A stretch of DNA of 64,000 nt from Auanema rhodensis. Its lineage: Eukaryota; Animalia; Nematoda. The position numbers and the translations under genes are program-made. Location: assembly GCA_964057225.1 (NCBI GenBank), contig OZ059896.1, forward strand, positions 186,001 to 250,000, written 5' to 3'. The notes under the pieces are model-generated. The model saw only the letters and a program-made list of their open reading frames with translations. It did not search any database and had not been told where the DNA came from. Of this stretch, positions 11,721 through 27,700 are shown one piece after another (position 1 is the first letter of the stretch; every line of letters starts with the position of its first letter).

Positions 11721-13653
11721 AAATTTGTTTTTAGACTAATATGGACATGGGGAATCTAATTTTGTGAACCGCATCTCTTTATCTTTCACGTGAAGCGAGT
11801 TACATACCAAGTGCACATCACGTGTACATTTAATTAGCATTAATTAAAGTTCACGTAAATTTCAAAGTCATGGTTACCATGAACCAATATCAATAAAAAT
11901 TTGTTTTTGACTAATATGGACATGGGGAATCTAATTTTGAAAACCGCATCTCTTTATCTTTCACGTGAAGCGAGTTACATACCAAGTGCACATCACGTGT
12001 ACATTTAATTAGCATAAATTAAAGTTCACGTAAATTTCAAAGTCATGGTTACCATGAACTAATATCAATAAAAATTTGTTTTTAGACTAATATGGACATG
12101 GGGAATCTAATTTTGAAAACCGCATCTCTTTATCTTTCACGTGAAGCGAGTTACATACCAAGGGCACATCACGTGTACATTTAATTAGCATAAATTAAAG
12201 TTCACGTAAATTTCAAAGTCATGGTTACCATGAACCAATATCAATAAAAATTTGTTTTTAGACTAATATGGACATGGGGAATCTAATTTTGAAAACCGCA
12301 TCTCTTTATCTTTTACGTGAAGCGAGTTACATACCAAGTGCACATCACGTGTACATTTAATTAGCATTAATTAAAGTTCACGTAAATTTCAAAGTCATGG
12401 TTACCATGAACCAATATCAATAAAAATTTGTTTTTGACTAATATGGACATGGGGAATCTAATTTTGAAAACCGCATATCTTTATCTTTCACGTGAAGCGA
12501 GTTACATACCAAGTGCACATCACGTGTACATTTAATTAGCATAAATTAAAGTTCACGTAAATTTCAAAGTCATGGTTACCATGAACTAATATCAATAAAA
12601 ATTTGTTTTTAGACTAATATGGACGTGGGGAATCTAATTTTGAAAACCGCATCTCTTTATCTTTCACGTGAAGCGAGTTACATACCAAGTGCACATCACG
12701 TGTACATTTAATTAGCATAAATTAAAGTTCACGTAAATTTCAAAGTCATGGTTACCATGAACCAATATCAATAAAAATTTGTTTTTAGACTAATATGGAC
12801 ATGGGGAATCTAATTTTGAAAACCGCATCTCTTTATCTTTCACGTGAAGCGAGTTACATACCAAGTGCACATCACGTGTACATTTAATTAGCATAAATTA
12901 AAGTTCACGTAAATTTCAAAGTCATGGTTACCATGAACCAATATCAATAAAAATTTGTTTTTAGACTAATATGAACATGGGGAATCTAATTTTGAAAACC
13001 GCATCTCTTTATCTTTCACGTGAAGCGAGTTACATACCAAGTGCACATCACGTGTACATTTAATTAGCATAAATTAAAGTTCACGTAAATTTCAAAGTCA
13101 TGGTTACCATGAAGCAATATCAATAAAAATTTGTTTTTAGACTAATATGGACATGGGGAATCTAATTTTGAAAACCGCATCTCTTTATCTTTCACGTGAA
13201 GCGAGTTACATACCAAGTGCACATCACGTGTACATTTAATTAGCATTAATTAAAGTTCACGTAAATTTCAAAGTCATGGTTACCATGAACCAATATCAAT
13301 AAAAATTTGTTTTTAGACTAATATGGACATGGGGAATCTAATTTTGAAAACCGCATCTCTTTATCTTTCACGTGAAGCGAGTTACATACCAAGTGCACAT
13401 CACGTGTACATTTAATTAGCATAAATTAAAGTTCACGTAAATTTCAAAGTCATGGTTACCATGAAGCAATATCAATAAAAGTTTGTTTTTAGACTAATAT
13501 GGACATGGGGAATCTAATTTTGAAAACCGCATCTCTTTATCTTTCACGTGAAGCGAGTTACATACCAAGTGCACATCACGTGTACATTTAATTAGCATTA
13601 ATTAAAGTTCACGTAAATTTCAAAGTCATGGTTACCATGAACCAATATCAATA

Positions 13654-13753
13654 AAAATTTGTTTTTAGACTAATATGGACATGGGGAATCTAATTTTGAA
13701 AACCGCGTTCACGTAAATTTCAAAGTCATGGTTACCATGCACCAATATCAATA
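13654..13753. repeat. Truncated 100-bp monomer, copy 2
   Basis: Identical junction at 13706/13707. Confidence 0.96.
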
Positions 13754-13929
13754 AAAATTTGTTTTTAGACTAATATGGACATGGGGAATCTAATTTTGAA
13801 AACCGCATCTCTTCATCTTTCACGTGAAGCGGGTTACATACCAAGTGCACATCACGTGTACATTTAATTAGCATTAATTAAAGTTCACGTAAATTTCAAA
13901 GTCATGGTTACCATGAACCAATATCAATA

Positions 13930-14029
13930 AAAATTTGTTTTTAGACTAATATGGACATGGGGAATCTAATTTTGAAAACCGCGTTCACGTAAATTTCAAA
14001 GTCATGGTTACCATGCACCAATATCAATA
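13930..14029. repeat. Truncated 100-bp monomer, copy 3
   Basis: Identical junction at 13982/13983, 276 bp (176+100) after copy 2. Confidence 0.96.
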
Positions 14030-15299
14030 AAAATTTGTTTTTAGACTAATATGGACATGGGGAATCTAATTTTGAAAACCGCATCTCTTCATCTTTCACG
14101 TGAAGCGAGTTACATACCAAGTGCACATCACGTGTACATTTAATTAGCATAAATTAAAGTTCACGTAAATTTCAAAGTCATGGTTACCATGAACCAATAT
14201 CAATAAAAATTTGTTTTTAGACTAATATGGACATGGGGAATCTAATTCTGAAAACCGCATCTCTTCATCTTTTACGTGAAGCGAGTTACATACCAAGTGC
14301 ACATCACGTGTACATTTAATTAGCATAAATTAAAGTTCACGTAAATTTCAAAGTCATGGTTACCATGAACCAATATCAATAAAAATTTGTTTTTAAACTA
14401 ATATGGACATGGGGAATCTAATTCTGAAAACCGCATCTCTTCATCTTTTACGTGAAGCGAGTTACATACCAAGTGCACATCACGTGTACATTTAATTAGC
14501 ATAAATTAAAGTTCACGTAAATTTCAAAGTCATGGTTACCATGCACCAATATCAATAAAAATTTGTTTTTAGACTAATATGGACATGGGGAATCTAATTT
14601 TGAAAACCGCATCTCTTCATCTTTCACGTGAAGCGAGTTACATACCAAGTGCACATCACGTGTACATTTAATTAGCATAAATTAAAGTTCACGTAAATTT
14701 CAAAGTCATGGTTACCATGCACCAATATCAATAAAAATTTGTTTTTAGACTAATATGGACATGGGGAATCTAATTTTGAAAACCGCATATCTTTATCTTT
14801 CACGTGAAGCGAGTTACATACCAAGTGCACATCACGTGTACATTTAATTAGCATAAATTAAAGTTCACGTAAATTTCAAAGTCATGGTTACCATGAACCA
14901 ATATCAATAAAAATTTGTTTTTAGACTAATATGGACATGGGGAATCTAATTTTGAAAACCGCATCTCTTTATCTTTCACGTGAAGCGAGTTACATACCAA
15001 GTGCACATCACGTGTACATTTAATTAGCATAAATTAAAGTTCACGTAAATTTCAAAGTCATGGTTACCATGAACCAATATCAATGAAAATTTGTTTTTAG
15101 ACTAATATGGACATGGGGAATCTAATTTTGAAAACCGCATTTCTTTATCTTTCACGTGAAGCGAGTTACATACCAAGTGCACATCACGTGTACATTTAAT
15201 TAGCATAAATTAAAGTTCACGTAAAATTCAAAGTCATGGTTACCATGAACCAATATCAATAAAAATTTGTTTTTAGACTAATATGGACATGGGGAATCT

Positions 15300-18200
15300 A
15301 ATTTTGAAAACCGCATCTCTTTATCTTTCACGTGAAGCGAGTTACATACCAAGTGCACATCACGTGTACATTTAATTAGCATAAATTAAAGTTCACGTAA
15401 ATTTCAAAGTCATGGTTACCATGAAGCAATATCAATAAAAATTTGTATTTAGACTAATATGGACATGGGGAATCTAATTTTGAAAACCGCATCTCTTTAT
15501 CTTTCACGTGAAGCGAGTTACATACCAAGTGCACATCACGTGTACATTTAATTAGCATAAATTAAAGTTCACGTAAAATTCAAAGTCATGGTTACCATGA
15601 ACCAATATCAATAAAAATTTGTTTTTAGACTAATATGGACATGGGGAATCTAATTTTGAAAACCGCATCTCTTTATCTTTCACGTGAAGCGAGTTACATA
15701 CCAAGTGCACATCACGTGTACATTTAATTAGCATAAATTAAAGTTCACGTAAATTTCAAAGTCATGGTTACCATGAAGCAATATCAATAAAAATTTGTTT
15801 TTAGACTAATATGGACATGGGGAATCTAATTTTGAAAACCACATCTCTTTATCTTTCACGTGAAGCGAGTTACATACCAAGTGCACATCACGTGTACATT
15901 TAATTAGCATAAATTAAAGTTCACGTAAAATTCAAAGTCATGGTTACCATGAACCAATATCAATAAAAATTTGTTTTTAGACTAATATGGACATGGGGAA
16001 TCTAATTTTGAAAACCGCATCTCTTTATCTTTCACGTGAAGCGAGTTACATACCAAGTGCACATCACGTGTACATTTAATTAGCATAAATTGAAGTTCAC
16101 GTAAATTTCAAAGTCATGGTTACCATGAAGCAATATCAATAAAAATTTGTTTTTAGACTAATATGGACATGGGGAATCTAATTTTGAAAACCGCATCTCT
16201 TTATCTTTCACGTGAAGCGAGTTACATACCAAGTGCACATCACGTGTACATTTAATTAGCATTAATTAAAGTTCACGTAAATTTCAAAGTCATGGTTACC
16301 ATGAACCAATATCAATAAAAATTTGTTTTTAGACTAATATGGACATGGGGAATCTAATTTTGAAAACCGCATCTCTTTATCTTTCACGTGAAGCGAGTTA
16401 CATACCAAGTGCACATCACGTGTACATTTAATTAGCATAAATTAAAGTTCACGTAAATTTCAAAGTCATGGTTACCATGAAGCAATATCAATAAAAATTT
16501 GTTTTTAGACTAATATGGACATGGGGAATCTAATTTTGAAAACCGCATCTCTTTATCTTTCACGTGAAGCGAGTTACATACCAAGTGCACATCACGTGTA
16601 CATTTAATTAGCATTAATTAAAGTTCACGTAAATTTCAAAGTCATGGTTACCATGAACCAATATCAATAAAAATTTGTTTTTAGACTAATATGGACATGG
16701 GGAATCTAATTTTGAAAACCGCATCTCTTTATCTTTCACGTGAAGCGAGTTACATACCAAGAGCACATCACGTGTACATTTAATTAGCATAAATTAAAGT
16801 TCACGTAAATTTCAAAGTCATGGTTACCATGAAGCAATATCAATAAAAATTTGTTTTTAGACTAATATGGACATGGGGAATCTAATTTTGAAAACCGCAT
16901 CTCTTTATCTTTCACGTGAAGCGAGTTACATACCAAGTGCACACCACGTGTACATTTAATTAGCATAAATTAAAGTTCACGTAAATTTCAAAGTCATGGT
17001 TACCATGAACCAATATCAATAAAAATTTGTTTTTAGACTAATATGGACATGGGGAATCTAATTTTGAAAACCACATCTCTTTATCTTTCACGTGAAGCGA
17101 GTTACATACCAAGAGCACATCACGTGTACATTTAATTAGCATTAATTAAAGTTCACGTAAATTTCAAAGTCATGGTTACCATGAACCAATATCAATAAAA
17201 ATTTGTTTTTAGACTAATATGGACATGGGGAATCTAATTTTGAAAACCGCATCTCTTTATCTTTCACGTGAAGCGAGTTACATACCAAGTGCACATCACG
17301 TGTACATTTAATTAGCATAAATTAAAGTTCACGTAAATTTCAAAGTCATGGTTACAATGAACCAATATCAATAAAAATTTGTTTTTAGACTAATATGGAC
17401 ATGGGGAATCTAATTTTGAAAACCGCATTTCTTTATCTTTCACGTGAAGCGAGTTACATACCAAGAGCACATCACGTGTACATTTAATTAGCATAAATTA
17501 AAGTTCACGTAAATTTCAAAGTCATGGTTACCATGAAGCAATATCAATAAAAATTTGTTTTTAGACTAATATGGACATGGGGAATCTAATTTTGAAAACC
17601 GCATCTCTTTATCTTTCACGTGAAGCGAGTTACATACCAAGTGCACATCACGTGTACATTTAATTAGCATAAATTAAAGTTCACGTAAATTTCAAAGTCA
17701 TGGTTACCATGAAGCAATATCAATAAAAATTTGTTTTTAGACTAATATGGACATGGGGAATCTAATTTTGAAAACCGCATCTCTTTATCTTTCACGTGAA
17801 GCGAGTTACATACCAAGTGCACATCACGTGTACATTTAATTAGCATTAATTAAAGTTCACGTAAATTTCAAAGTCATGGTTACCATGAACCAATATCAAT
17901 AAAAATTTGTTTTTAGACTAATATGGACATGGGGAATCTAATTTTGAAAACCGCATCTCTTTATCTTTCACGTGAAGCGAGTTACATACCAAGTGCACAT
18001 CACGTGTACATTTAATTAGCATAAATTAAAGTTCACGTAAATTTCAAAGTCATGGTTACCATGAAGCAATATCAATAAAAGTTTGTTTTTAGACTAATAT
18101 GGACATGGGGAATCTAATTTTGAAAACCGCATCTCTTTATCTTTCACGTGAAGCGAGTTACATACCAAGTGCACATCACGTGTACATTTAATTAGCATAA

Positions 18201-21200
18201 ATTAAAGTTCACGTAAATTTCAAAGTCATGGTTACCATGAAGCAATATCAATAAAAGTTTGTTTTTAGACTAATATGGACATGGGGAATCTAATTTTGAA
18301 AACCGCATCTCTTTATCTTTCACGTGAAGCGAGTTACATACCAAGTGCACATCACGTGTACATTTAATTAGCATTAATTAAAGTTCACGTAAATTTCAAA
18401 GTCATGGTTACCATGAACCAATATCAATAAAAATTTGTTTTTAGACTAATATGGACATGGGGAATCTAATTTTGAAAACCGCATCTCTTTATCTTTCACG
18501 TGAAGCGAGTTACATACCAAGTGCACATCACGTGTACATTTAATTAGCATAAATTAAAGTTCACGTAAATTTCAAAGTCATGGTTACCATGAAGCAATAT
18601 CAATAAAAATTTGTTTTTAGACTAATATGGACATGGGGAATCTAATTTTGTAAACCGCATCTCTTTATCTTTCACGTGAAGCGAGTTACATACCAAGTGC
18701 ACATCACGTGTACATTTAATTAGCATTAATTAAAGTTCACGTAAATTTCAAAGTCATGGTTACCATGAACCAATATCAATAAAAATTTGTTTTTGACTAA
18801 TATGGACATGGGGAATCTAATTTTGAAAACCGCATCTCTTTATCTTTCACGTGAAGCGAGTTACATACCAAGTGCACATCACGTGTACATTTAATTAGCA
18901 TAAATTAAAGTTCACGTAAATTTCAAAGTCATGGTTACCATGAACTAGTATCAATAAAAATTTGTTTTTAGACTAATATGGACATGGGGAATCTAATTTT
19001 GAAAACCGCATCTCTTTATCTTTCACGTGAAGCGAGTTACATACCAAGGGCACATCACGTGTACATTTAATTAGCATAAATTAAAGTTCACGTAAATTTC
19101 AAAGTCATGGTTACCATGAACCAATATCAATAAAAATTTGTTTTTAGACTAATATGGACATGGGGAATCTAATTTTGAAAACCGCATCTCTTTATCTTTT
19201 ACGTGAAGCGAGTTACATACCAAGTGCACATCACGTGTACATTTAATTAGCATTAATTAAAGTTCACGTAAATTTCAAAGTCATGGTTACCATGAACCAA
19301 TATCAATAAAAATTTGTTTTTGACTAATATGGACATGGGGAATCTAATTTTGAAAACCGCATCTCTTTATCTTTCACGTGAAGCGAGTTACATACCAAGT
19401 GCACATCACGTGTACATTTAATTAGCATAAATTAAAGTTCACGTAAATTTCAAAGTCATGGTTACCATGAACCAATATCAATAAAAATTTGTTTTTAGAC
19501 TAATATGGACATGGGGAATCTAATTTTGAAAACCGCATCTCTTTATCTTTCACGTGAAGCGAGTTACATACCAAGAGCACATCACGTGTACATTTAATTA
19601 GCATTAATTAAAGTTCACGTAAATTTCAAAGTCATGGTTACCATGAACCAATATCAATAAAAATTTGTTTTTAGACTAATATGGACATGGGGAATCTAAT
19701 TTTGAAAACCGCATCTCTTTATCTTTCACGTGAAGCGAGTTACATACCAAGTGCACATCACGTGTACATTTAATTAGCATAAATTAAAGTTCACGTAAAT
19801 TTCAAAGTCATGGTTACAATGAACCAATATCAATAAAAATTTGTTTTTAGACTAATATGGACATGGGGAATCTAATTTTGAAAACCGCATTTCTTTATCT
19901 TTCACGTGAAGCGAGTTACATACCAAGAGCACATCACGTGTACATTTAATTAGCATAAATTAAAGTTCACGTAAATTTCAAAGTCATGGTTACCATGAAG
20001 CAATATCAATAAAAATTTGTTTTTAGACTAATATGGACATGGGGAATCTAATTTTGAAAACCGCATCTCTTTATCTTTCACGTGAAGCGAGTTACATACC
20101 AAGTGCACATCACGTGTACATTTAATTAGCATAAATTAAAGTTCACGTAAATTTCAAAGTCATGGTTACCATGAAGCAATATCAATAAAAATTTGTTTTT
20201 AGACTAATATGGACATGGGGAATCTAATTTTGAAAACCGCATCTCTTTATCTTTCACGTGAAGCGAGTTACATACCAAGTGCACATCACGTGTACATTTA
20301 ATTAGCATTAATTAAAGTTCACGTAAATTTCAAAGTCATGGTTACCATGAACCAATATCAATAAAAATTTGTTTTTAGACTAATATGGACATGGGGAATC
20401 TAATTTTGAAAACCGCATCTCTTTATCTTTCACGTGAAGCGAGTTACATACCAAGTGCACATCACGTGTACATTTAATTAGCATAAATTAAAGTTCACGT
20501 AAATTTCAAAGTCATGGTTACCATGAAGCAATATCAATAAAAATTTGTTTTTAGACTAATATGGACATGGGGAATCTAATTTTGTAAACCGCATCTCTTT
20601 ATCTTTCACGTGAAGCGAGTTACATACCAAGTGCACATCACGTGTACATTTAATTAGCATTAATTAAAGTTCACGTAAATTTCAAAGTCATGGTTACCAT
20701 GAACCAATATCAATAAAAATTTGTTTTTAGACTAATATGGACATGGGGAATCTAATTTTGAAAACCGCATCTCTTTATCTTTCACGTGAAGCGAGTTACA
20801 TACCAAGTGCACATCACGTGTACATTTAATTAGCATAAATTAAAGTTCACGTAAATTTCAAAGTCATGGTTACCATGAAGCAATATCAATAAAAGTTTGT
20901 TTTTAGACTAATATGGACATGGGGAATCTAATTTTGAAAACCGCATCTCTTTATCTTTCACGTGAAGCGAGTTACATACCAAGTGCACATCACGTGTACA
21001 TTTAATTAGCATTAATTAAAGTTCACGTAAATTTCAAAGTCATGGTTACCATGAACCAATATCAATAAAAATTTGTTTTTAGACTAATATGGACATGGGG
21101 AATCTAATTTTGAAAACCGCATCTCTTTATCTTTCACGTGAAGCGAGTTACATACCAAGTGCACATCACGTGTACATTTAATTAGCATAAATTAAAGTTC

Positions 21201-24200
21201 ACGTAAATTTCAAAGTCATGGTTACCATGAAGCAATATCAATAAAAATTTGTTTTTAGACTAATATGGACATGGGGAATCTAATTTTGTAAACCGCATCT
21301 CTTTATCTTTCACGTGAAGCGAGTTACATACCAAGTGCACATCACGTGTACATTTAATTAGCATTAATTAAAGTTCACGTAAATTTCAAAGTCATGGTTA
21401 CCATGAACCAATATCAATAAAAATTTGTTTTTGACTAATATGGACATGGGGAATCTAATTTTGAAAACCGCATCTCTTTATCTTTCACGTGAAGCGAGTT
21501 ACATACCAAGTGCACATCACGTGTACATTTAATTAGCATAAATTAAAGTTCACGTAAATTTCAAAGTCATGGTTACCATGAACTAGTATCAATAAAAATT
21601 TGTTTTTAGACTAATATGGACATGGGGAATCTAATTTTGAAAACCGCATCTCTTTATCTTTCACGTGAAGCGAGTTACATACCAAGGGCACATCACGTGT
21701 ACATTTAATTAGCATAAATTAAAGTTCACGTAAATTTCAAAGTCATGGTTACCATGAACCAATATCAATAAAAATTTGTTTTTAGACTAATATGGACATG
21801 GGGAATCTAATTTTGAAAACCGCATCTCTTTATCTTTCACGTGAAGCGAGTTACATACCAAGTGCACATCACGTGTACATTTAATTAGCATAAATTAAAG
21901 TTCACGTAAATTTCAAAGTCATGGTTACCATGAAGCAATATCAATAAAAATTTGTATTTAGACTAATATGGACATGGGGAATCTAATTTTGAAAACCGCA
22001 TCTCTTTATCTTTCACGTGAAGCGAGTTACATACCAAGTGCACATCACGTGTACATTTAATTAGCATAAATTAAAGTTCACGTAAAATTCAAAGTCATGG
22101 TTACCATGAACCAATATCAATAAAAATTTGTTTTTAGACTAATATGGACATGGGGAATCTAATTTTGAAAACCGCATCTCTTTATCTTTCACGTGAAGCG
22201 AGTTACATACCAAGTGCACATCACGTGTACATTTAATTAGCATAAATTAAAGTTCACGTAAATTTCAAAGTCATGGTTACCATGAAGCAATATCAATAAA
22301 AATTTGTTTTTAGACTAATATGGACATGGGGAATCTAATTTTGAAAACCACATCTCTTTATCTTTCACGTGAAGCGAGTTACATACCAAGTGCACATCAC
22401 GTGTACATTTAATTAGCATAAATTAAAGTTCACGTAAAATTCAAAGTCATGGTTACCATGAACCAATATCAATAAAAATTTGTTTTTAGACTAATATGGA
22501 CATGGGGAATCTAATTTTGAAAACCGCATCTCTTTATCTTTCACGTGAAGCGAGTTACATACCAAGTGCACATCACGTGTACATTTAATTAGCATAAATT
22601 GAAGTTCACGTAAATTTCAAAGTCATGGTTACCATGAAGCAATATCAATAAAAATTTGTTTTTAGACTAATATGGACATGGGGAATCTAATTTTGAAAAC
22701 CGCATCTCTTTATCTTTCACGTGAAGCGAGTTACATACCAAGTGCACATCACGTGTACATTTAATTAGCATTAATTAAAGTTCACGTAAATTTCAAAGTC
22801 ATGGTTACCATGAACCAATATCAATAAAAATTTGTTTTTAGACTAATATGGACATGGGGAATCTAATTTTGAAAACCGCATCTCTTTATCTTTCACGTGA
22901 AGCGAGTTACATACCAAGTGCACATCACGTGTACATTTAATTAGCATAAATTAAAGTTCACGTAAATTTCAAAGTCATGGTTACCATGAAGCAATATCAA
23001 TAAAAATTTGTTTTTAGACTAATATGGACATGGGGAATCTAATTTTGAAAACCGCATCTCTTTATCTTTCACGTGAAGCGAGTTACATACCAAGAGCACA
23101 TCACGTGTACATTTAATTAGCATAAATTAAAGTTCACGTAAATTTCAAAGTCATGGTTACCATGAAGCAATATCAATAAAAATTTGTTTTTAGACTAATA
23201 TGGACATGGGGAATCTAATTTTGAAAACCGCATCTCTTTATCTTTCACGTGAAGCGAGTTACATACCAAGTGCACATCACGTGTACATTTAATTAGCATA
23301 AATTAAAGTTCACGTAAATTTCAAAGTCATGGTTACCATGAACCAATATCAATAAAAATTTGTTTTTAGACTAATATGGACATGGGGAATCTAATTTTGA
23401 AAACCGCATCTCTTTATCTTTCACGTGAAGCGAGTTACATACCAAGAGCACATCACGTGTACATTTAATTAGCATTAATTAAAGTTCACGTAAATTTCAA
23501 AGTCATGGTTACCATGAACCAATATCAATAAAAATTTGTTTTTAGACTAATATGGACATGGGGAATCTAATTTTGAAAACCGCATCTCTTTATCTTTCAC
23601 GTGAAGCGAGTTACATACCAAGTGCACATCACGTGTACATTTAATTAGCATAAATTAAAGTTCACGTAAATTTCAAAGTCATGGTTACAATGAACCAATA
23701 TCAATAAAAATTTGTTTTTAGACTAATATGGACATGGGGAATCTAATTTTGAAAACCGCATTTCTTTATCTTTCACGTGAAGCGAGTTACATACCAAGAG
23801 CACATCACGTGTACATTTAATTAGCATAAATTAAAGTTCACGTAAATTTCAAAGTCATGGTTACCATGAAGCAATATCAATAAAAATTTGTTTTTAGACT
23901 AATATGGACATGGGGAATCTAATTTTGAAAACCGCATCTCTTTATCTTTCACGTGAAGCGAGTTACATACCAAGTGCACATCACGTGTACATTTAATTAG
24001 CATAAATTAAAGTTCACGTAAATTTCAAAGTCATGGTTACCATGAAGCAATATCAATAAAAATTTGTTTTTAGACTAATATGGACATGGGGAATCTAATT
24101 TTGAAAACCGCATCTCTTTATCTTTCACGTGAAGCGAGTTACATACCAAGTGCACATCACGTGTACATTTAATTAGCATTAATTAAAGTTCACGTAAATT

Positions 24201-27200
24201 TCAAAGTCATGGTTACCATGAACCAATATCAATAAAAATTTGTTTTTAGACTAATATGGACATGGGGAATCTAATTTTGAAAACCGCATCTCTTTATCTT
24301 TCACGTGAAGCGAGTTACATACCAAGTGCACATCACGTGTACATTTAATTAGCATAAATTAAAGTTCACGTAAATTTCAAAGTCATGGTTACCATGAAGC
24401 AATATCAATAAAAGTTTGTTTTTAGACTAATATGGACATGGGGAATCTAATTTTGAAAACCGCATCTCTTTATCTTTCACGTGAAGCGAGTTACATACCA
24501 AGTGCACATCACGTGTACATTTAATTAGCATTAATTAAAGTTCACGTAAATTTCAAAGTCATGGTTACCATGAACCAATATCAATAAAAATTTGTTTTTA
24601 GACTAATATGGACATGGGGAATCTAATTTTGAAAACCGCATCTCTTTATCTTTCACGTGAAGCGAGTTACATACCAAGTGCACATCACGTGTACATTTAA
24701 TTAGCATAAATTAAAGTTCACGTAAATTTCAAAGTCATGGTTACCATGAAGCAATATCAATAAAAATTTGTTTTTAGACTAATATGGACATGGGGAATCT
24801 AATTTTGTAAACCGCATCTCTTTATCTTTCACGTGAAGCGAGTTACATACCAAGTGCACATCACGTGTACATTTAATTAGCATTAATTAAAGTTCACGTA
24901 AATTTCAAAGTCATGGTTACCATGAACCAATATCAATAAAAATTTGTTTTTGACTAATATGGACATGGGGAATCTAATTTTGAAAACCGCATCTCTTTAT
25001 CTTTCACGTGAAGCGAGTTACATACCAAGTGCACATCACGTGTACATTTAATTAGCATAAATTAAAGTTCACGTAAATTTCAAAGTCATGGTTACCATGA
25101 ACTAGTATCAATAAAAATTTGTTTTTAGACTAATATGGACATGGGGAATCTAATTTTGAAAACCGCATCTCTTTATCTTTCACGTGAAGCGAGTTACATA
25201 CCAAGGGCACATCACGTGTACATTTAATTAGCATAAATTAAAGTTCACGTAAATTTCAAAGTCATGGTTACCATGAACCAATATCAATAAAAATTTGTTT
25301 TTAGACTAATATGGACATGGGGAATCTAATTTTGAAAACCGCATCTCTTTATCTTTTACGTGAAGCGAGTTACATACCAAGTGCACATCACGTGTACATT
25401 TAATTAGCATTAATTAAAGTTCACGTAAATTTCAAAGTCATGGTTACCATGAACCAATATCAATAAAAATTTGTTTTTGACTAATATGGACATGGGGAAT
25501 CTAATTTTGAAAACCGCATCTCTTTATCTTTCACGTGAAGCGAGTTACATACCAAGTGCACATCACGTGTACATTTAATTAGCATAAATTAAAGTTCACG
25601 TAAATTTCAAAGTCATGGTTACCATGAACCAATATCAATAAAAATTTGTTTTTAGACTAATATGGACATGGGGAATCTAATTTTGAAAACCGCATCTCTT
25701 TATCTTTCACGTGAAGCGAGTTACATACCAAGAGCACATCACGTGTACATTTAATTAGCATTAATTAAAGTTCACGTAAATTTCAAAGTCATGGTTACCA
25801 TGAACCAATATCAATAAAAATTTGTTTTTAGACTAATATGGACATGGGGAATCTAATTTTGAAAACCGCATCTCTTTATCTTTCACGTGAAGCGAGTTAC
25901 ATACCAAGTGCACATCACGTGTACATTTAATTAGCATAAATTAAAGTTCACGTAAATTTCAAAGTCATGGTTACAATGAACCAATATCAATAAAAATTTG
26001 TTTTTAGACTAATATGGACATGGGGAATCTAATTTTGAAAACCGCATTTCTTTATCTTTCACGTGAAGCGAGTTACATACCAAGAGCACATCACGTGTAC
26101 ATTTAATTAGCATAAATTAAAGTTCACGTAAATTTCAAAGTCATGGTTACCATGAAGCAATATCAATAAAAATTTGTTTTTAGACTAATATGGACATGGG
26201 GAATCTAATTTTGAAAACCGCATCTCTTTATCTTTCACGTGAAGCGAGTTACATACCAAGTGCACATCACGTGTACATTTAATTAGCATAAATTAAAGTT
26301 CACGTAAATTTCAAAGTCATGGTTACCATGAAGCAATATCAATAAAAATTTGTTTTTAGACTAATATGGACATGGGGAATCTAATTTTGAAAACCGCATC
26401 TCTTTATCTTTCACGTGAAGCGAGTTACATACCAAGTGCACATCACGTGTACATTTAATTAGCATAAATTAAAGTTCACGTAAATTTCAAAGTCATGGTT
26501 ACCATGAAGCAATATCAATAAAAGTTTGTTTTTAGACTAATATGGACATGGGGAATCTAATTTTGAAAACCGCATCTCTTTATCTTTCACGTGAAGCGAG
26601 TTACATACCAAGTGCACATCACGTGTACATTTAATTAGCATTAATTAAAGTTCACGTAAATTTCAAAGTCATGGTTACCATGAACCAATATCAATAAAAA
26701 TTTGTTTTTAGACTAATATGGACATGGGGAATCTAATTTTGAAAACCGCATCTCTTTATCTTTCACGTGAAGCGAGTTACATACCAAGTGCACATCACGT
26801 GTACATTTAATTAGCATAAATTAAAGTTCACGTAAATTTCAAAGTCATGGTTACCATGAAGCAATATCAATAAAAATTTGTTTTTAGACTAATATGGACA
26901 TGGGGAATCTAATTTTGTAAACCGCATCTCTTTATCTTTCACGTGAAGCGAGTTACATACCAAGTGCACATCACGTGTACATTTAATTAGCATTAATTAA
27001 AGTTCACGTAAATTTCAAAGTCATGGTTACCATGAACCAATATCAATAAAAATTTGTTTTTGACTAATATGGACATGGGGAATCTAATTTTGAAAACCGC
27101 ATCTCTTTATCTTTCACGTGAAGCGAGTTACATACCAAGTGCACATCACGTGTACATTTAATTAGCATAAATTAAAGTTCACGTAAATTTCAAAGTCATG

Positions 27201-27700
27201 GTTACCATGAACTAGTATCAATAAAAATTTGTTTTTAGACTAATATGGACATGGGGAATCTAATTTTGAAAACCGCATCTCTTTATCTTTCACGTGAAGC
27301 GAGTTACATACCAAGGGCACATCACGTGTACATTTAATTAGCATAAATTAAAGTTCACGTAAATTTCAAAGTCATGGTTACCATGAACCAATATCAATAA
27401 AAATTTGTTTTTAGACTAATATGGACATGGGGAATCTAATTTTGAAAACCGCATCTCTTTATCTTTTACGTGAAGCGAGTTACATACCAAGTGCACATCA
27501 CGTGTACATTTAATTAGCATTAATTAAAGTTCACGTAAATTTCAAAGTCATGGTTACCATGAACCAATATCAATAAAAATTTGTTTTTGACTAATATGGA
27601 CATGGGGAATCTAATTTTGAAAACCGCATCTCTTTATCTTTCACGTGAAGCGAGTTACATACCAAGTGCACATCACGTGTACATTTAATTAGCATAAATT
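15300..27700. repeat. Duplication of an approximately 37-monomer (6.5-kb) block, with later monomer copy-number changes
   Basis: Marker offsets: 6509 (15841/22350; 16092/22601), 6333 (16762/23095; 17356/23689), 6157 (19049/25206; 19818/25975), 5629 (21687/27316). Confidence 0.82.
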
